This document shows positions 1-9,635 of a stretch of 32,969 bases of DNA, piece by piece. Each line of letters starts with the position of its first letter. The first letter of the stretch is position 1. Source of the DNA: Burkholderiaceae bacterium (GTDB lineage Bacteria; Pseudomonadota; Gammaproteobacteria; Burkholderiales; Burkholderiaceae_D); NCBI GenBank assembly GCA_014379395.1, contig JACMLV010000680.1:1-32969 (forward strand), in the 5' to 3' direction. The notes under the pieces are model-generated. The model made no database searches. It worked only from the letters and a program-made list of their open reading frames with translations, and was not told where the DNA came from. The position numbers and the translations under genes are program-made.

Positions 1-2321
1 CCGCGCAGGCGCGCCAGCTCATCTTCCATGCGGGCCAGTGTCAACGCCTCGATGGCGCTCTTGGTCATGCCGAAGGTGCGGACAGATTCCTCGGCCGCGT
101 CAGCCTCTTTGATCGCCGTCTCAACCGATTTGCCGATGCGCTCGGCGTATTCGGCCTGAATCTTCGCCATTTCCTCGGCTTGCTCGATGACGCGCTTGTT
201 GGTGGCGATAGTCTTTTCTTGCTCAGCGCGTTCAGCGATTCCGGCGCGGGCGAGCGCGATGCTTTGCGGCGTCAGTTTGCTTTTCCCAGCTGCGATCTCG
301 GCGTCGAGCTTGATCGTCAGTTTCTGCGACTCGCTCAATTGGTCGTAGCCGGAAATTTCCAACTTGCCGGCGGCGATCTTTTCGCCGATGGTCGTCATCA
401 GCGATTGGTAGGCGGTCTGCTCGGCCTTGATGCCTGCAACGGCGCTTTTGTCGACGTATTTGGCGCGAACAGCGGCCTCCATTGCGGGCGGCAATTCGCC
501 AAATTTTTTGCGCAACTCATCCAGTTCGGCGGCGAGTTTCTGCGCTTGCGTGCCGTTTTTGCCGTACCAATCTGCAATCTGCGTATCGCGCGTGCCATTG
601 GCGGCTTCGGTGACTTTTCGGTGCGCAGATGCTGCCCGCCCCAGCACTTCGGTGTATTCGCGCACAAGCGTAACCTCTGCCACCTGGCGCATGAACGACG
701 ATGTTTTTGCGTACTTGCCGACGCCATTTCTTGCGTCATTTATTTCCGCGTTTGTCCTGGCAAGGATGTCGATGTCCGCCTGATTCATGCCCTTCAATTC
801 AGGCTTCGCGTTTAACAGCGCGTTGCGCTCATTGAGCTTGGCGATTTGCTTGTCGAGGCGCGCGATGGCCTCGGTCGTGCTTTCATCGACGGCAGCGGTC
901 GCCTTGTCGGTACCCTCCTTGGCTTTATTGCCCCATACCATCCACGCGGTCGCGCCGAGTCCGAGCAGCGTGATAACCGCGCCAATCGGACCGCCGAGCA
1001 GCCCAAGGGCGCGAGCCCCGAGGCCCGCAGCAACGCCGCCAGCGCCGGTTGCGGCCGTCAGCGCGTTCTGCGCAGCAGTTTGCGCGATGGTGGCAGCCGT
1101 CACCTGAGCCGAAACGCGCGCCTGCTGCTGGCCCAGCATGGCCAATTCCGCAACCATTGCTGCGCGAGCGGCTTCCGCGACAGTAAGCTCTGCTGTGGCC
1201 AGGCGAAGGGCGCGCAGCGCGAAGCTTTGAGTGCCAGCCGCAGTCGCGGCAGCAATGGCCGTTTGAGCCGAAGCAATGCTTGCCTGCGATGACGCCAACT
1301 TGGCAATCGACTCTTCACGCGCAACGATAATCATGGATTGGGTGGCCCCAAGAAGTGCAAGCTTTGCCCCGACGCTTGCAACCTCAGCCTCAGCTGCGGC
1401 GATGGTCGCGGCGCGAGCCGCCATACTGGCTGCGACCTGCTTATATGTATCAACAACAAGCGCACCGATCCAGGCGCCAAGTTTTGCGGCCATAACGGTG
1501 GCGATTGTGCCCGCCAGCAGCCCAAGGTTATTGGCTAGCAGGCCGATTGCGCCGGTCAGCGCCGACACGGCGCCGCTGGCGTTGGCTTGCACGCCCACCA
1601 TTTCCATGAGGTTGTTTTTTAGCACTTGAAAGGCGCCGCCGATGGTCTGGATTTGCTTCGCCTCGGCGGTAACTTTTTCAAGCGCTTTCGGCAGCACGTC
1701 GGCCATGATTTTCGACGTGATTTGGCCCTCTTCGGCCATTTTCTTGAGCGCGCCGACCGGCACGCCGATGCCGTCCGCCAAGGCCAGCATCAACCTCGGC
1801 GCCGCTTCATTCACGGCGTTGAATTCTTCGCCGCGCAGCGTGCCGGAGGCGAACGCCTGGGACAGTTGCAATTGCGCCGAACTGGCCTCGTTGGCGGTCG
1901 CGCCCGACACTTTCAGCGACAGGTTGACGACTTCGGTGATCGCGGCAACCTGCTTTTGCGCGATCCCGAGTTCGCGCGTGCCGTTGGCAATTTTGGCGTA
2001 CAGCACCCCGGTCGAATTCAGGTCTTGCTGCGCGACGGTGGCGATGCGCCGAACGTCGTCCATGGCGATGCCGTACTCGCGCGCCGAGAGCGTGGCGAGC
2101 TTTAGCTGGGCGGTGAATTTGGCGTAGGAGTCGGCCATCGCGATGATCTGCGACAGGCCGATGCCGGACGCGATGCCGGCAATTGCCATTTTTGCAGCGT
2201 CGGCCGCCCGGCTCATTCCTGCGGTGGCGTCGCCCACCACGCGGCGTGCGCTGTCCATGTCGCGCTGCAAACGCGCAATGTCGGCCCGCAGTCGGATTTC
2301 CATTTCGCCAATAACTGCCAT
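1..2321 (-). CDS. Tail tape measure protein (3' end runs off the window)
   Basis: ATG at 2321 gives MAVIGEMEIRLRADIARLQRDMDSARR...; Ala-rich; contains the tape-measure motif QLSQAFASGTLRGEEFNAVNEAAPRL; follows the tail chaperones. Absent from the ORF track, consistent with no stop inside the window. Confidence 0.92.
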   Translation of the reverse strand, partial: MAVIGEMEIRLRADIARLQRDMDSARRVVGDATAGMSRAADAAKMAIAGIASGIGLSQIIAMADSYAKFTAQLKLATLSAREYGIAMDDVRRIATVAQQDLNSTGVLYAKIANGTRELGIAQKQVAAITEVVNLSLKVSGATANEASSAQLQLSQAFASGTLRGEEFNAVNEAAPRLMLALADGIGVPVGALKKMAEEGQITSKIMADVLPKALEKVTAEAKQIQTIGGAFQVLKNNLMEMVGVQANASGAVSALTGAIGLLANNLGLLAGTIATVMAAKLGAWIGALVVDTYKQVAASMAARAATIAAAEAEVASVGAKLALLGATQSMIIVAREESIAKLASSQASIASAQTAIAAATAAGTQSFALRALRLATAELTVAEAARAAMVAELAMLGQQQARVSAQVTAATIAQTAAQNALTAATGAGGVAAGLGARALGLLGGPIGAVITLLGLGATAWMVWGNKAKEGTDKATAAVDESTTEAIARLDKQIAKLNERNALLNAKPELKGMNQADIDILARTNAEINDARNGVGKYAKTSSFMRQVAEVTLVREYTEVLGRAASAHRKVTEAANGTRDTQIADWYGKNGTQAQKLAAELDELRKKFGELPPAMEAAVRAKYVDKSAVAGIKAEQTAYQSLMTTIGEKIAAGKLEISGYDQLSESQKLTIKLDAEIAAGKSKLTPQSIALARAGIAERAEQEKTIATNKRVIEQAEEMAKIQAEYAERIGKSVETAIKEADAAEESVRTFGMTKSAIEALTLARMEDELARLR

Positions 2322-2334
2322 TTCGACCGCCCAT

Positions 2335-2397
2335 AAAAAAAGCCACCCGAAGGTGGCTGTGCTGAAATGAAAAAGCCAGCGGGTTAGGCTGGCTTTT
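2335..2397 (-). terminator. Two tandem intrinsic terminators after the moron gene
   Basis: AGCCACC-CGAA-GGTGGCT (2341-2358) with A-tract 2335-2341; AAAAGCCAGC...GCTGGCTTTT (2371-2397). Confidence 0.75.
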
Positions 2398-2403
2398 ACT
2401 TAC

Positions 2404-2865
2404 TTACTCATTGCATTTTTCAGAAAAAACATATTCGACATACCCATCTACGCCGTCAATGTTTGCGAGGCCATCGGGCCAATCAAAGTAAAACTTTTTA
2501 AACCCGACATATCCGCCGTATGAATTTTTGGCATTCACCTCGCCGCACACAAATAGCCCATCACCAACGGATCGAACGTTTCTAAATTTCGCCGAGTCGG
2601 CATCTTTTAGCATCGCCAGAACGGCATTGCGCGCCTTTTCTGGGCCTTGCTTGAGATATCGAACTTCAGCCTTTGACCGCGCTACCGGCTTTCGCGCGCC
2701 CGGATTCTCGGCAATTGATGGATCTTTCCAGCAGTATCCGACTAGCGCTGATTTTGCAGCCCTGACCTCTACCCCGTTCGCATCTTGGCAAATCCACGTT
2801 AAATCATCGGAAAAACATACTCCGCTTGCCGCCATCATTACGGCGAGCGCGAACGATCTTTTCAT
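2404..2865 (-). CDS. Exported moron protein (153 aa)
   Basis: MKRSFALAVMMAASGVCFS signal-peptide-like start; C-terminal LKDADSAKFRNV...VCGEVNAKNSYGGYVGFKKF motif typical of small phage exported proteins; more AT-rich than its neighbours. Confidence 0.75.
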   Translation of the reverse strand: MKRSFALAVMMAASGVCFSDDLTWICQDANGVEVRAAKSALVGYCWKDPSIAENPGARKPVARSKAEVRYLKQGPEKARNAVLAMLKDADSAKFRNVRSVGDGLFVCGEVNAKNSYGGYVGFKKFYFDWPDGLANIDGVDGYVEYVFSEKCNE

Positions 2866-2947
2866 TCGATTCCCCAAAAGTTATTTCAGGAAATGATACG
2901 CGAAAAGCAATACGGGAAGGTGGCGATCCTCCCGGCGTTGCGGCTGG

Positions 2948-3300
2948 TCACCTCTGCTTGCTCATCACTTCCATCGCTATTGCGTCGAACATCGCAATCG
3001 TGTCCAACTCCCAGTCGGTGAACCGGATGCGATAGACCCGCTGGTGCGCGTCGATTTGCAGCGCCCCGATTGGCTCGATTCCATTCATCGACGGCGGCCG
3101 CCCGAGCCGCTTGAACTCGTTCCAGATCGGCAGGCCCAGCGCCGGCCATTCGATGGCAAGGCGGGGATCGACCTTGCCAGTGTTCTTCGCCAGCCGCTGC
3201 AAGTGGGTTCGCAAGCTGGCGCCGTCACCCTGTCGCGCCGAAAGCTCGAACTCGGCGCGGCAGCACTCCGCTAGGCTTTTGCGGAGCTCTCGATAAAAAG
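2948..3300 (-). CDS. Tail assembly chaperone, frameshift extension (gpT-like)
   Basis: -1 frame ORF (...FYRELRKSLAECCRAEFELS...WELDTIAMFDAIAMEVMSKQR) overlapping the end of the chaperone gene, just upstream of the tape measure gene. Confidence 0.7.
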
Positions 3301-3720
3301 CTCGGTCTTGCGGATGCCGGCCAACGCCTGGGCGCGCAGCCATTGCTTTTTCGGATCGACGTACAGTTTGCGGGCGGCGGCCGGCGAGAATTCCAGCGGC
3401 GCGCCGGCCTGCGTCAGATTCCAGCCGAGCGTCGCGGCGACGAGGTAATCGGTCGCCTCGTCGTACTCGTCCAGCGGATCGGCGACTGCCATCTTGCCGG
3501 TCGCCGAGAACTCCTGGCGCAGTTGGCGGGTGCGCGCGAAGTCCAGGCGCTTGCGCGATTCATGCTCGGGGCTCGCCAGGATGATGTGCGAATCGGTCGG
3601 CGCCTGCGTTTTCGGGTCGAGGATGACCAGCTTGCCGGTCGGCGCGTCTTCGTAGGCGTCGATGTCCAGGGTGTTGATCAGCTTGAATGCCAGGTTGCTT
3701 ACGTCTTTTTCGATGTTCAT
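3271..3720 (-). CDS. Tail assembly chaperone (gpG-like, 149 aa)
   Basis: Between tail tube and tape measure genes; start MNIEKDV at 3720 after a purine-rich tract. Confidence 0.75.
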   Translation of the reverse strand: MNIEKDVSNLAFKLINTLDIDAYEDAPTGKLVILDPKTQAPTDSHIILASPEHESRKRLDFARTRQLRQEFSATGKMAVADPLDEYDEATDYLVAATLGWNLTQAGAPLEFSPAAARKLYVDPKKQWLRAQALAGIRKTELFIESSAKA

Positions 3721-3819
3721 GTTTTCTTCTTTCGCGGGAGTGATAAAAATGCCCGTTACGATCCGGCGCGCCCCGCGAAAGGGCGACATCGGATCGTTCG
3801 GTGCTGGGGAGTGCGGCGA

Positions 3820-5034
3820 TTAGGCCGCCTGACTGTCCTGGATGGAAATTGTTGTCATATCTGACGCCAGAGCAGCGCCGCCTGCGGTGTTCAGCAGGGC
3901 TTGGAATGGAATGGTCTGCGTGATCGTCTTTTCGCCGTCGTCCTTCGATGCGCCACCGACCTTGATGCGCGACAGGCCGAACGCCACGAAGTCGGACAGC
4001 GCCGAGTTGTCGGCGGTGAATGCCGCGTACAGGCTGATTTCCGTCTCGTTGTAGAACGCATCGCGCATCGCGGTCGAGTCGAACGTCGCCGTGATCTGGC
4101 CGGTGACGATGACGCGGCCGGCGGCCTGGAACGCGACCGTGTTCGAGCCAACTGTCGGCTCGCCGCTTTGCGCCGCCGCGATGTCGATGGTCAGGCCGGT
4201 GACGTTCGCCACCGTGGCGCCGGCCACGCGCAGCACGCCATTGACGGCGGCCATCGTGCCGGTCGTCGTGACGGCGGACGGCGCGGTGAAATACTGTCCG
4301 ACGGCGGTTGTGGAATCCTTGCCCATGAACTCAACTGCGCACGTCGCCATGCCGGTCGGCGGCAGGCCGAACGACACTTTCGACACCTTGCAGCCGGTGA
4401 AAACTTCGCTCGTCGGCACGTCGGGATACCAGTGTTCGATGGAGAACGATTTATCCGTGTGGCCGGTTTGCGGGATCAGCGATTTTTTGCCGCGCACGGT
4501 GAGCGTCGCCGCAGCAATCGGGCCTTCCGCCACCATCAAGCTCGCATTGAGCGTCAGGCCGGTGACGACGAGCGCCGTGACGGCCGTGACCAGGATGTTC
4601 TTGTTGAGGTTTCCGGCGCTGAACGCGCCGGCGGTCAGCGCCACCACGTCGCCGATTTTGACGCCATCGGTCAGGAACGATCCGGCCGCGCGCGTGGCCG
4701 TCCACGCGCCAGCGGTGCCGCCAATGGTGATCGACATGCCGGTGATTGCGGCCGTCGCCGTGAACGCCTTTTTCAGCGCCGCGGCGATGAAGTCGGCATA
4801 CGTGCCGGCCGACAGTTCGCCACTGATCGAGCCGCCGACCTTGCGCAGCCCGTGCCGGAAGTCGGCCAGTTGGAAATCGTTGCGGATTTCGTTCGACTGG
4901 TACGTGTCTTTCGTCATGTCGAGCGACGATGTGACGCGCCGGATCGACTGCGCCGACGCGGCGCCGGGCGCGACGCCGTAGGTGACTTCTTCCTTGTATG
5001 CGACCTGTTTGTAGATTCCGCTTGCGGTGGACAT
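3820..5034 (-). CDS. Major tail tube protein
   Basis: 404 aa, Thr/Ala/Gly-rich; N-terminal YKEEVTYGVAP...SNEIRNDFQLADFRHG pattern; position after the tail terminator. Confidence 0.85.
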   Translation of the reverse strand: MSTASGIYKQVAYKEEVTYGVAPGAASAQSIRRVTSSLDMTKDTYQSNEIRNDFQLADFRHGLRKVGGSISGELSAGTYADFIAAALKKAFTATAAITGMSITIGGTAGAWTATRAAGSFLTDGVKIGDVVALTAGAFSAGNLNKNILVTAVTALVVTGLTLNASLMVAEGPIAAATLTVRGKKSLIPQTGHTDKSFSIEHWYPDVPTSEVFTGCKVSKVSFGLPPTGMATCAVEFMGKDSTTAVGQYFTAPSAVTTTGTMAAVNGVLRVAGATVANVTGLTIDIAAAQSGEPTVGSNTVAFQAAGRVIVTGQITATFDSTAMRDAFYNETEISLYAAFTADNSALSDFVAFGLSRIKVGGASKDDGEKTITQTIPFQALLNTAGGAALASDMTTISIQDSQAA

Positions 5035-5103
5035 ATGATTCCTTCAGACGTAAAAAAGCCCGCAAGCGGATGCATTGCGGGCTGGTTGAAAATTCTTGGC
5101 TGA

Positions 5104-5511
5104 CTACTGGTTCGGCTGCTCGAACGTGACCTTGAAATCGATCGATTGATAAAAAATCAGCGCGTCATCGCTCTGAAAGTCGGGGCCGACCGTATCGACC
5201 GTGATGGCGGCCACGCTGACGCCGCCGAGCGTGCCGCGCTTGAACTGACACGCGAGACGGGAGGCCGCCAGGATCGCTTTGATCGTCGCGTAGTCCTTCG
5301 CCATTGCCGTGACCTGAACGCGGCTTGTGGATAGCGTTGCGGCGCTCTGCGCGTCGATTGTCGATTCGGGGAACGTCGAGACGTGCATGATGCTGATCGC
5401 CGGCAGGATGGTCGCCTGCGGCACGACGCCAAACACGATCTTGGCGGCCGGGACAATGGCGACCAGCGCCGGGCTGGCGACCAGCAGCGCGCGAATTGCT
5501 CGGACGGCCAT
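5104..5511 (-). CDS. Tail terminator/completion protein (DUF3168-like)
   Basis: 135 aa; IVFGVVPQATILPAI and RVQV motifs; synteny. Confidence 0.8.
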   Translation of the reverse strand: MAVRAIRALLVASPALVAIVPAAKIVFGVVPQATILPAISIMHVSTFPESTIDAQSAATLSTSRVQVTAMAKDYATIKAILAASRLACQFKRGTLGGVSVAAITVDTVGPDFQSDDALIFYQSIDFKVTFEQPNQ

Positions 5512-5996
5512 TATTCGCCCCCCGGCGCCGGCGCATTAATGCCCTCGGCGGTCAAGCGCTTGCGGATATAGGTGGTCACGGCGGCGATGGCCTCGGCGCT
5601 TTTCCCGTCGAGTGCTGGCCGCATGAATGGCTGATCTCCAAAGCCGGGATGCAAAGTGCCGTTTTGGAGTTTTCCACTTGCCCGCTTGGCGCCCTTCTTG
5701 ACGCCGTGCGGCTTGACGCCGAACTCGATCCAGTTTGCGATGTGGGCATGCTTGCCCTTGGCTTTCAGGCTCGCATAGACCGATCCACCCTTGCTGCGCG
5801 TCGAGACTTTCAGGCCGCGCGCAAGCTCGCCGCTGACGACGCTGCCGCTCGCGGCCAGATTGGCCTTGGCCTCGTCCTTGATGACGTTGGCGCCCTGGCG
5901 CAGCGCGCCGCGCAGGACATTGCGCTCGAATTTCACGCTGAATTGCTGCAAAAAGGCGTCCAGCTCGCGCCCACCGGTGATGTTTTGATCGCTCAT
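5511..5996 (-). CDS. HK97 gp10-like neck protein
   Basis: ITGGRELDAFL...RGALRQGANVI...WIEFG...QPFMRPALD motifs. Confidence 0.88.
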   Translation of the reverse strand: MSDQNITGGRELDAFLQQFSVKFERNVLRGALRQGANVIKDEAKANLAASGSVVSGELARGLKVSTRSKGGSVYASLKAKGKHAHIANWIEFGVKPHGVKKGAKRASGKLQNGTLHPGFGDQPFMRPALDGKSAEAIAAVTTYIRKRLTAEGINAPAPGGE

Positions 5997-6331
5997 GAGC
6001 TAAATTCCTCGGCCATGAATTCCAGCCATTCGCGCCGCCCGATTTCAGCCGGGCCGGCGGTGATTTGCATCGTGCGGTCGGTCGCGCCGTGGACGATGAT
6101 GCGCATGTCGGATGTGATGCCGGCGCGGTAACGGATGCGGATGCGCGCCGGGCGCGTGGCGATGCGCAAGCCCTGCTGGACGGATTCCGATTTGCTCGGC
6201 AAGGCGTCCTGCACTTGCGCCGGAATGCGCGCCGCGAACGTCGTCCAGCCGCCGGGCTGCGGGCCGTAGTCGCCGTCGACCATGCTTGGCGCCTGAATCG
6301 TGATGCGCCGATCAAGTTGTCCGGCGCGCAT
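5993..6331 (-). CDS. Head closure protein / head-tail adaptor (SPP1 gp16-like)
   Basis: MRAGQLDRRITIQ...IRIRYRAGITSDMRI signature; ATG at 6331 overlaps the upstream stop. Confidence 0.88.
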   Translation of the reverse strand: MRAGQLDRRITIQAPSMVDGDYGPQPGGWTTFAARIPAQVQDALPSKSESVQQGLRIATRPARIRIRYRAGITSDMRIIVHGATDRTMQITAGPAEIGRREWLEFMAEEFSS

Positions 6332-6897
6332 CAGAAGCCCCAAATCTTGTGGGCATCCAGTAGTCGATCAACGAAAGGCATCTCGGCAACTGGCGCGCCG
6401 ATCACAACCGGCTCGCGCGATCCGTATAGCAGGCCGATGCGCAGCAGCATCCACGCTTTGATTTCCTGCGGCACGGCGGCCGCGTTCGCGTAGCCGCATG
6501 CGTAGCGCACGACGACCGCGTTTTCGTGGCATAGCGTGGCGGGCCACGTCGCGCCGTGCGCGCGCCGGATCTCGACTGGCTCGGCGTAATCGTTGATCTC
6601 GTAGATCGCCGGATCGATCGTTTGCAGCGCGCCGGCGCCGTCCAGATATTTGACGCTCGCCACCGACACGAGAGGCGGATTCGGCAGGCGCAGCGCGCAG
6701 GAAAAGCGCTCGAATGTCGCTTCCCACGTCTGCGGCATCAGCGCGCGGCCGGTGATGTGCTCGGCGCCCTGGCGCGCCGCGGCGATCAGCGCGCCGATGT
6801 AGGCGTCGTCGTCGGCACCGTCAACCCGCAGATGCGCCTTGGCCTCGGCGGTTGTGATTGGCTCGGAGGCCGGCCCCGTAATGAGTTTCAAGCCCAT
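6331..6897 (-). CDS. Head-tail connector (gp6-like)
   Basis: EPITTAEAKAHLRVDGADDDAYIGALIAAAR...GRALMPQTW. Confidence 0.9.
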   Translation of the reverse strand: MGLKLITGPASEPITTAEAKAHLRVDGADDDAYIGALIAAARQGAEHITGRALMPQTWEATFERFSCALRLPNPPLVSVASVKYLDGAGALQTIDPAIYEINDYAEPVEIRRAHGATWPATLCHENAVVVRYACGYANAAAVPQEIKAWMLLRIGLLYGSREPVVIGAPVAEMPFVDRLLDAHKIWGF

Positions 6898-6951
6898 GCG
6901 TTCCTCGATAGAAAAGGCGCCCGTCAGGCGCCCCGGTCTGGCCGGCGCGGA

Positions 6952-7386
6952 TTAAACCGGTGGATTGGCGGTCGGCACGATGGACGGGCTGCCCATCACG
7001 GCCACGGCCGACAGCAGCGCGGCGGAGGCATTGGCCACCGGGGTGATCGTCAGGCGGACGTAGCGCTTGATGCCGACGTAGCCGATCTTGCGCACCTCGT
7101 TGTCGTCGTCGAACTGGAAGCCGGCCAGCAGTTCCGTGCCGAGCAGCTGGGCGTCGGCCACGGCGGCGGCGTCGGACAGGTTGGCCGCGTCGCCATCCTC
7201 GACCAGGACGGTGAAGGTGGCGTCGACGTCGGCGATCGGGCCGGTCGAGATGAGGAACTCGAGCGCGCCATAGCCCTGCATGTCGATGATCTGCGACACC
7301 TGGGCGGTGGTGTCGGCGACGGAAACCGGGCTGATCGCGCGGCGGGGGTGGATATTATTGTGCAAATCGCTATTGCAGCAGGACAT
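6952..7386 (-). CDS. Head-associated protein (possible decoration protein)
   Basis: 144 aa, beta-rich-looking ORF directly after the capsid gene with a GAAAGG ribosome-binding site; function from position only. Confidence 0.6.
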   Translation of the reverse strand: MSCCNSDLHNNIHPRRAISPVSVADTTAQVSQIIDMQGYGALEFLISTGPIADVDATFTVLVEDGDAANLSDAAAVADAQLLGTELLAGFQFDDDNEVRKIGYVGIKRYVRLTITPVANASAALLSAVAVMGSPSIVPTANPPV

Positions 7387-7431
7387 GATGTGCCTTTCGG
7401 GAATTGGCCCGCGCCAGGCGGGCCGGGTTGA

Positions 7432-8916
7432 TTAGGCCGCGAGCTTGAGGAACTTGACCGCCTCGAAATTGACGGCGCCGCCGCCGGTGCGCTTGGTGCT
7501 GTAGAACACGACGTACGGCTTGGCGGTGAACGGGTCGCGCAGGGTGCGCACGCCGATGCGGTCGACGATCGTGTAGGCCTCCTTGAAGTCGCCGAATGCC
7601 AGGGACAGCGAGTCGGTGGCCATGGCCGGGACGTACTGGTCGATGCGGGCCACGTAGCCGAGCAGGCGGTCCGGCTGGCCGGCCTGCAGGCTCGGCTCCC
7701 ACAGGTAGCGGTCGCTGGTCGCCTCCTTCATCTTGCGGATCGCGGTGCGCATTTCGCGGCGCATCAGGAACTGCGCGTTCTGCAGGTGCTGGTCCTTGAA
7801 GGCGCCGATCAGCTCCTGCAGCGGGTCGGCCTTGGTGGTGTGGAACGCGCCGTTGGCGCCGGTCTTGATGTGCTCGAACATGCCCCAGGCGCGGGTGTCG
7901 TCGGAGGTGGCGGCGGTGTCGTAGGCGAACAGGCCGCGCGGCTTGCCGACGCCGTTGCCGGTCGTGAAGCCGGCGCCCTCGACGCGCGCGAACTTGTCGG
8001 AGACTTTGCTGGCCAGCCAGCCTTCGACGTCGGTGGCCGCGTCGTCGATCAGCTTCTGGCTGATCTTCGGCATCGCGTACATCTCGTGCGCCTGGATCTC
8101 GTACTTGCCGACCTGCGGCGTGCCGGTGTCGGAGCGGGTGCCAATCTCGCTGACCCAGCCGGCGTCGGCCTCGTTGTTGTCGACCATGCCTTCGAGCTTA
8201 TCGGTGCTGATGGTCTGCACGTTCGCCAGCTGGCGCATGGTCGATTGCTCGAAGATCTTGGTGACCATGCGCCCGACGGTCGATTGCGGCAGCATGTAGC
8301 CGCCGTCCGGGTCGCTGCCGGCGGAGAGGGCCTTGCGCTCGTCGCCCGACAGGGAATCGATGGTCACGCCGGCGGCCAGCTTGAAGAAGGCGCTCTTGTA
8401 TTGCGCGTACTGGTCGGCGTTCAGTTCGGCCGGGATCGGCTTGCCCTTCGACTGGAAGTCGGCCCGGATCATGGCGTTGAAGCCCTTGATTTCGGCGGCA
8501 GCGGTTTCGTCGGCCTTGCCGCCGGCGCCAGGCCGGTTCAGCTTGGTCATGATTTCTTCGAACTGCGCTTTCAGCTCGGAGATGTTGTCCATGTCGGCGC
8601 CGATCTTTGCCAATTTGGCTTCGAGGTCGGCAACCGCCTTGCCGTCAGCCTTCGCCTTGATAAGGTCGTCGTTGGTCTTCTTATGCTCTTCCCACGCCTG
8701 GCCTTGCTTCTCGATCAGGCTCTTGATGTCGAGGATGGTGGTTTCACCCATCGCGCCGAGCGCCATGGCGCCCATGCCGGCGGCGCCGAGCACGTCAGCC
8801 CCGCCCAGGTGCCGGAACAGCGAATTGGCAAGCGATGGATCGACCACGAACGCTGGGCCGAACAACATGGTGGCTGCGGCGAACAGGAGGACGCCAACAA
8901 TGCGACTCTTTTTCAT
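7432..8916 (-). CDS. HK97-fold major capsid protein with N-terminal delta domain
   Basis: DGGYMLPQ, AGWVSE, GNGVGKPRGLF, RYLWEPSLQAGQPDRLLGY, FGDFKEAYTIVDRIG motifs; coiled-coil-like N-terminal region. Confidence 0.96.
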   Translation of the reverse strand: MKKSRIVGVLLFAAATMLFGPAFVVDPSLANSLFRHLGGADVLGAAGMGAMALGAMGETTILDIKSLIEKQGQAWEEHKKTNDDLIKAKADGKAVADLEAKLAKIGADMDNISELKAQFEEIMTKLNRPGAGGKADETAAAEIKGFNAMIRADFQSKGKPIPAELNADQYAQYKSAFFKLAAGVTIDSLSGDERKALSAGSDPDGGYMLPQSTVGRMVTKIFEQSTMRQLANVQTISTDKLEGMVDNNEADAGWVSEIGTRSDTGTPQVGKYEIQAHEMYAMPKISQKLIDDAATDVEGWLASKVSDKFARVEGAGFTTGNGVGKPRGLFAYDTAATSDDTRAWGMFEHIKTGANGAFHTTKADPLQELIGAFKDQHLQNAQFLMRREMRTAIRKMKEATSDRYLWEPSLQAGQPDRLLGYVARIDQYVPAMATDSLSLAFGDFKEAYTIVDRIGVRTLRDPFTAKPYVVFYSTKRTGGGAVNFEAVKFLKLAA

Positions 8917-8938
8917 TTGATGCCTTTCTTTTAGATAT

Positions 8939-8961
8939 AAAAAAAGCCGCTCGAGGCGGCT
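8939..8961 (-). terminator. Intrinsic terminator between the protease and capsid genes
   Basis: AGCCGC-TCGAG-GCGGCT stem-loop followed on the minus strand by a T-tract. Confidence 0.6.
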
Positions 8962-8984
8962 GGATTGTGGATTCGGCGGTTCGC

Positions 8985-9635
8985 TTATGCGGCGAATACC
9001 CCGCTTCGGCGCTTGAGCGCCTCAACGATTTGCTGCATTCCGCCTTCGTCAGAATCGCTCTGTCCAAGGCTCTTGACCCGTGCGATGAACGCCACGGCTG
9101 CGCTGCGGGATAGGCCTGACTCTCTCAGGAAGTCTTCCGCGTCGCGAATGGTTACCAGTGTTTCGATGCTCTTCACCGACGACACCCGGGATGCGTCGTT
9201 CATTGGGAAGGTGACCAACGACACTTCGTATAGGTCGAGTTTTTTCAGCGAGCGCACGCCGGTCACGCGGTCCCAGCTGTCGTCGCGCGTCATGTAGCCG
9301 ATGGACATGCCGGACAGGGCACCCATCTTCATTAGCTCATACGCCTCGCCGCCGCGCGCCGTCTTCAGCGCCAGCTGGCCGACGACCTTCAGGCCGACGG
9401 CGTCCTCCTCCATGCTGGTGTAGACCCCCATCGGCTCGGCCTGGCGGTGCTGCCAGAGCATGGCCGGCAGCCGTCCGGCGGCTTTTTGCGCGGCGAGCGA
9501 TTCGGTGAAGGCGCCGGGTAGGACGATGTCGTCGCCGCCGTCGACGATGTTGAAAACCGAGCCGTAGCCCTCGAAGGTGCCATCGTCCTTCGGCGCCTTC
9601 AGCTCGAAGCGGAAATCAAGCGTCTTATGTGCCAT
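8985..9635 (-). CDS. HK97-family prohead protease
   Basis: FEGYGSVFN, MLWQH, SGMSIGY, LYEVSLVTFPMN motifs. Confidence 0.95.
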   Translation of the reverse strand: MAHKTLDFRFELKAPKDDGTFEGYGSVFNIVDGGDDIVLPGAFTESLAAQKAAGRLPAMLWQHRQAEPMGVYTSMEEDAVGLKVVGQLALKTARGGEAYELMKMGALSGMSIGYMTRDDSWDRVTGVRSLKKLDLYEVSLVTFPMNDASRVSSVKSIETLVTIRDAEDFLRESGLSRSAAVAFIARVKSLGQSDSDEGGMQQIVEALKRRSGVFAA

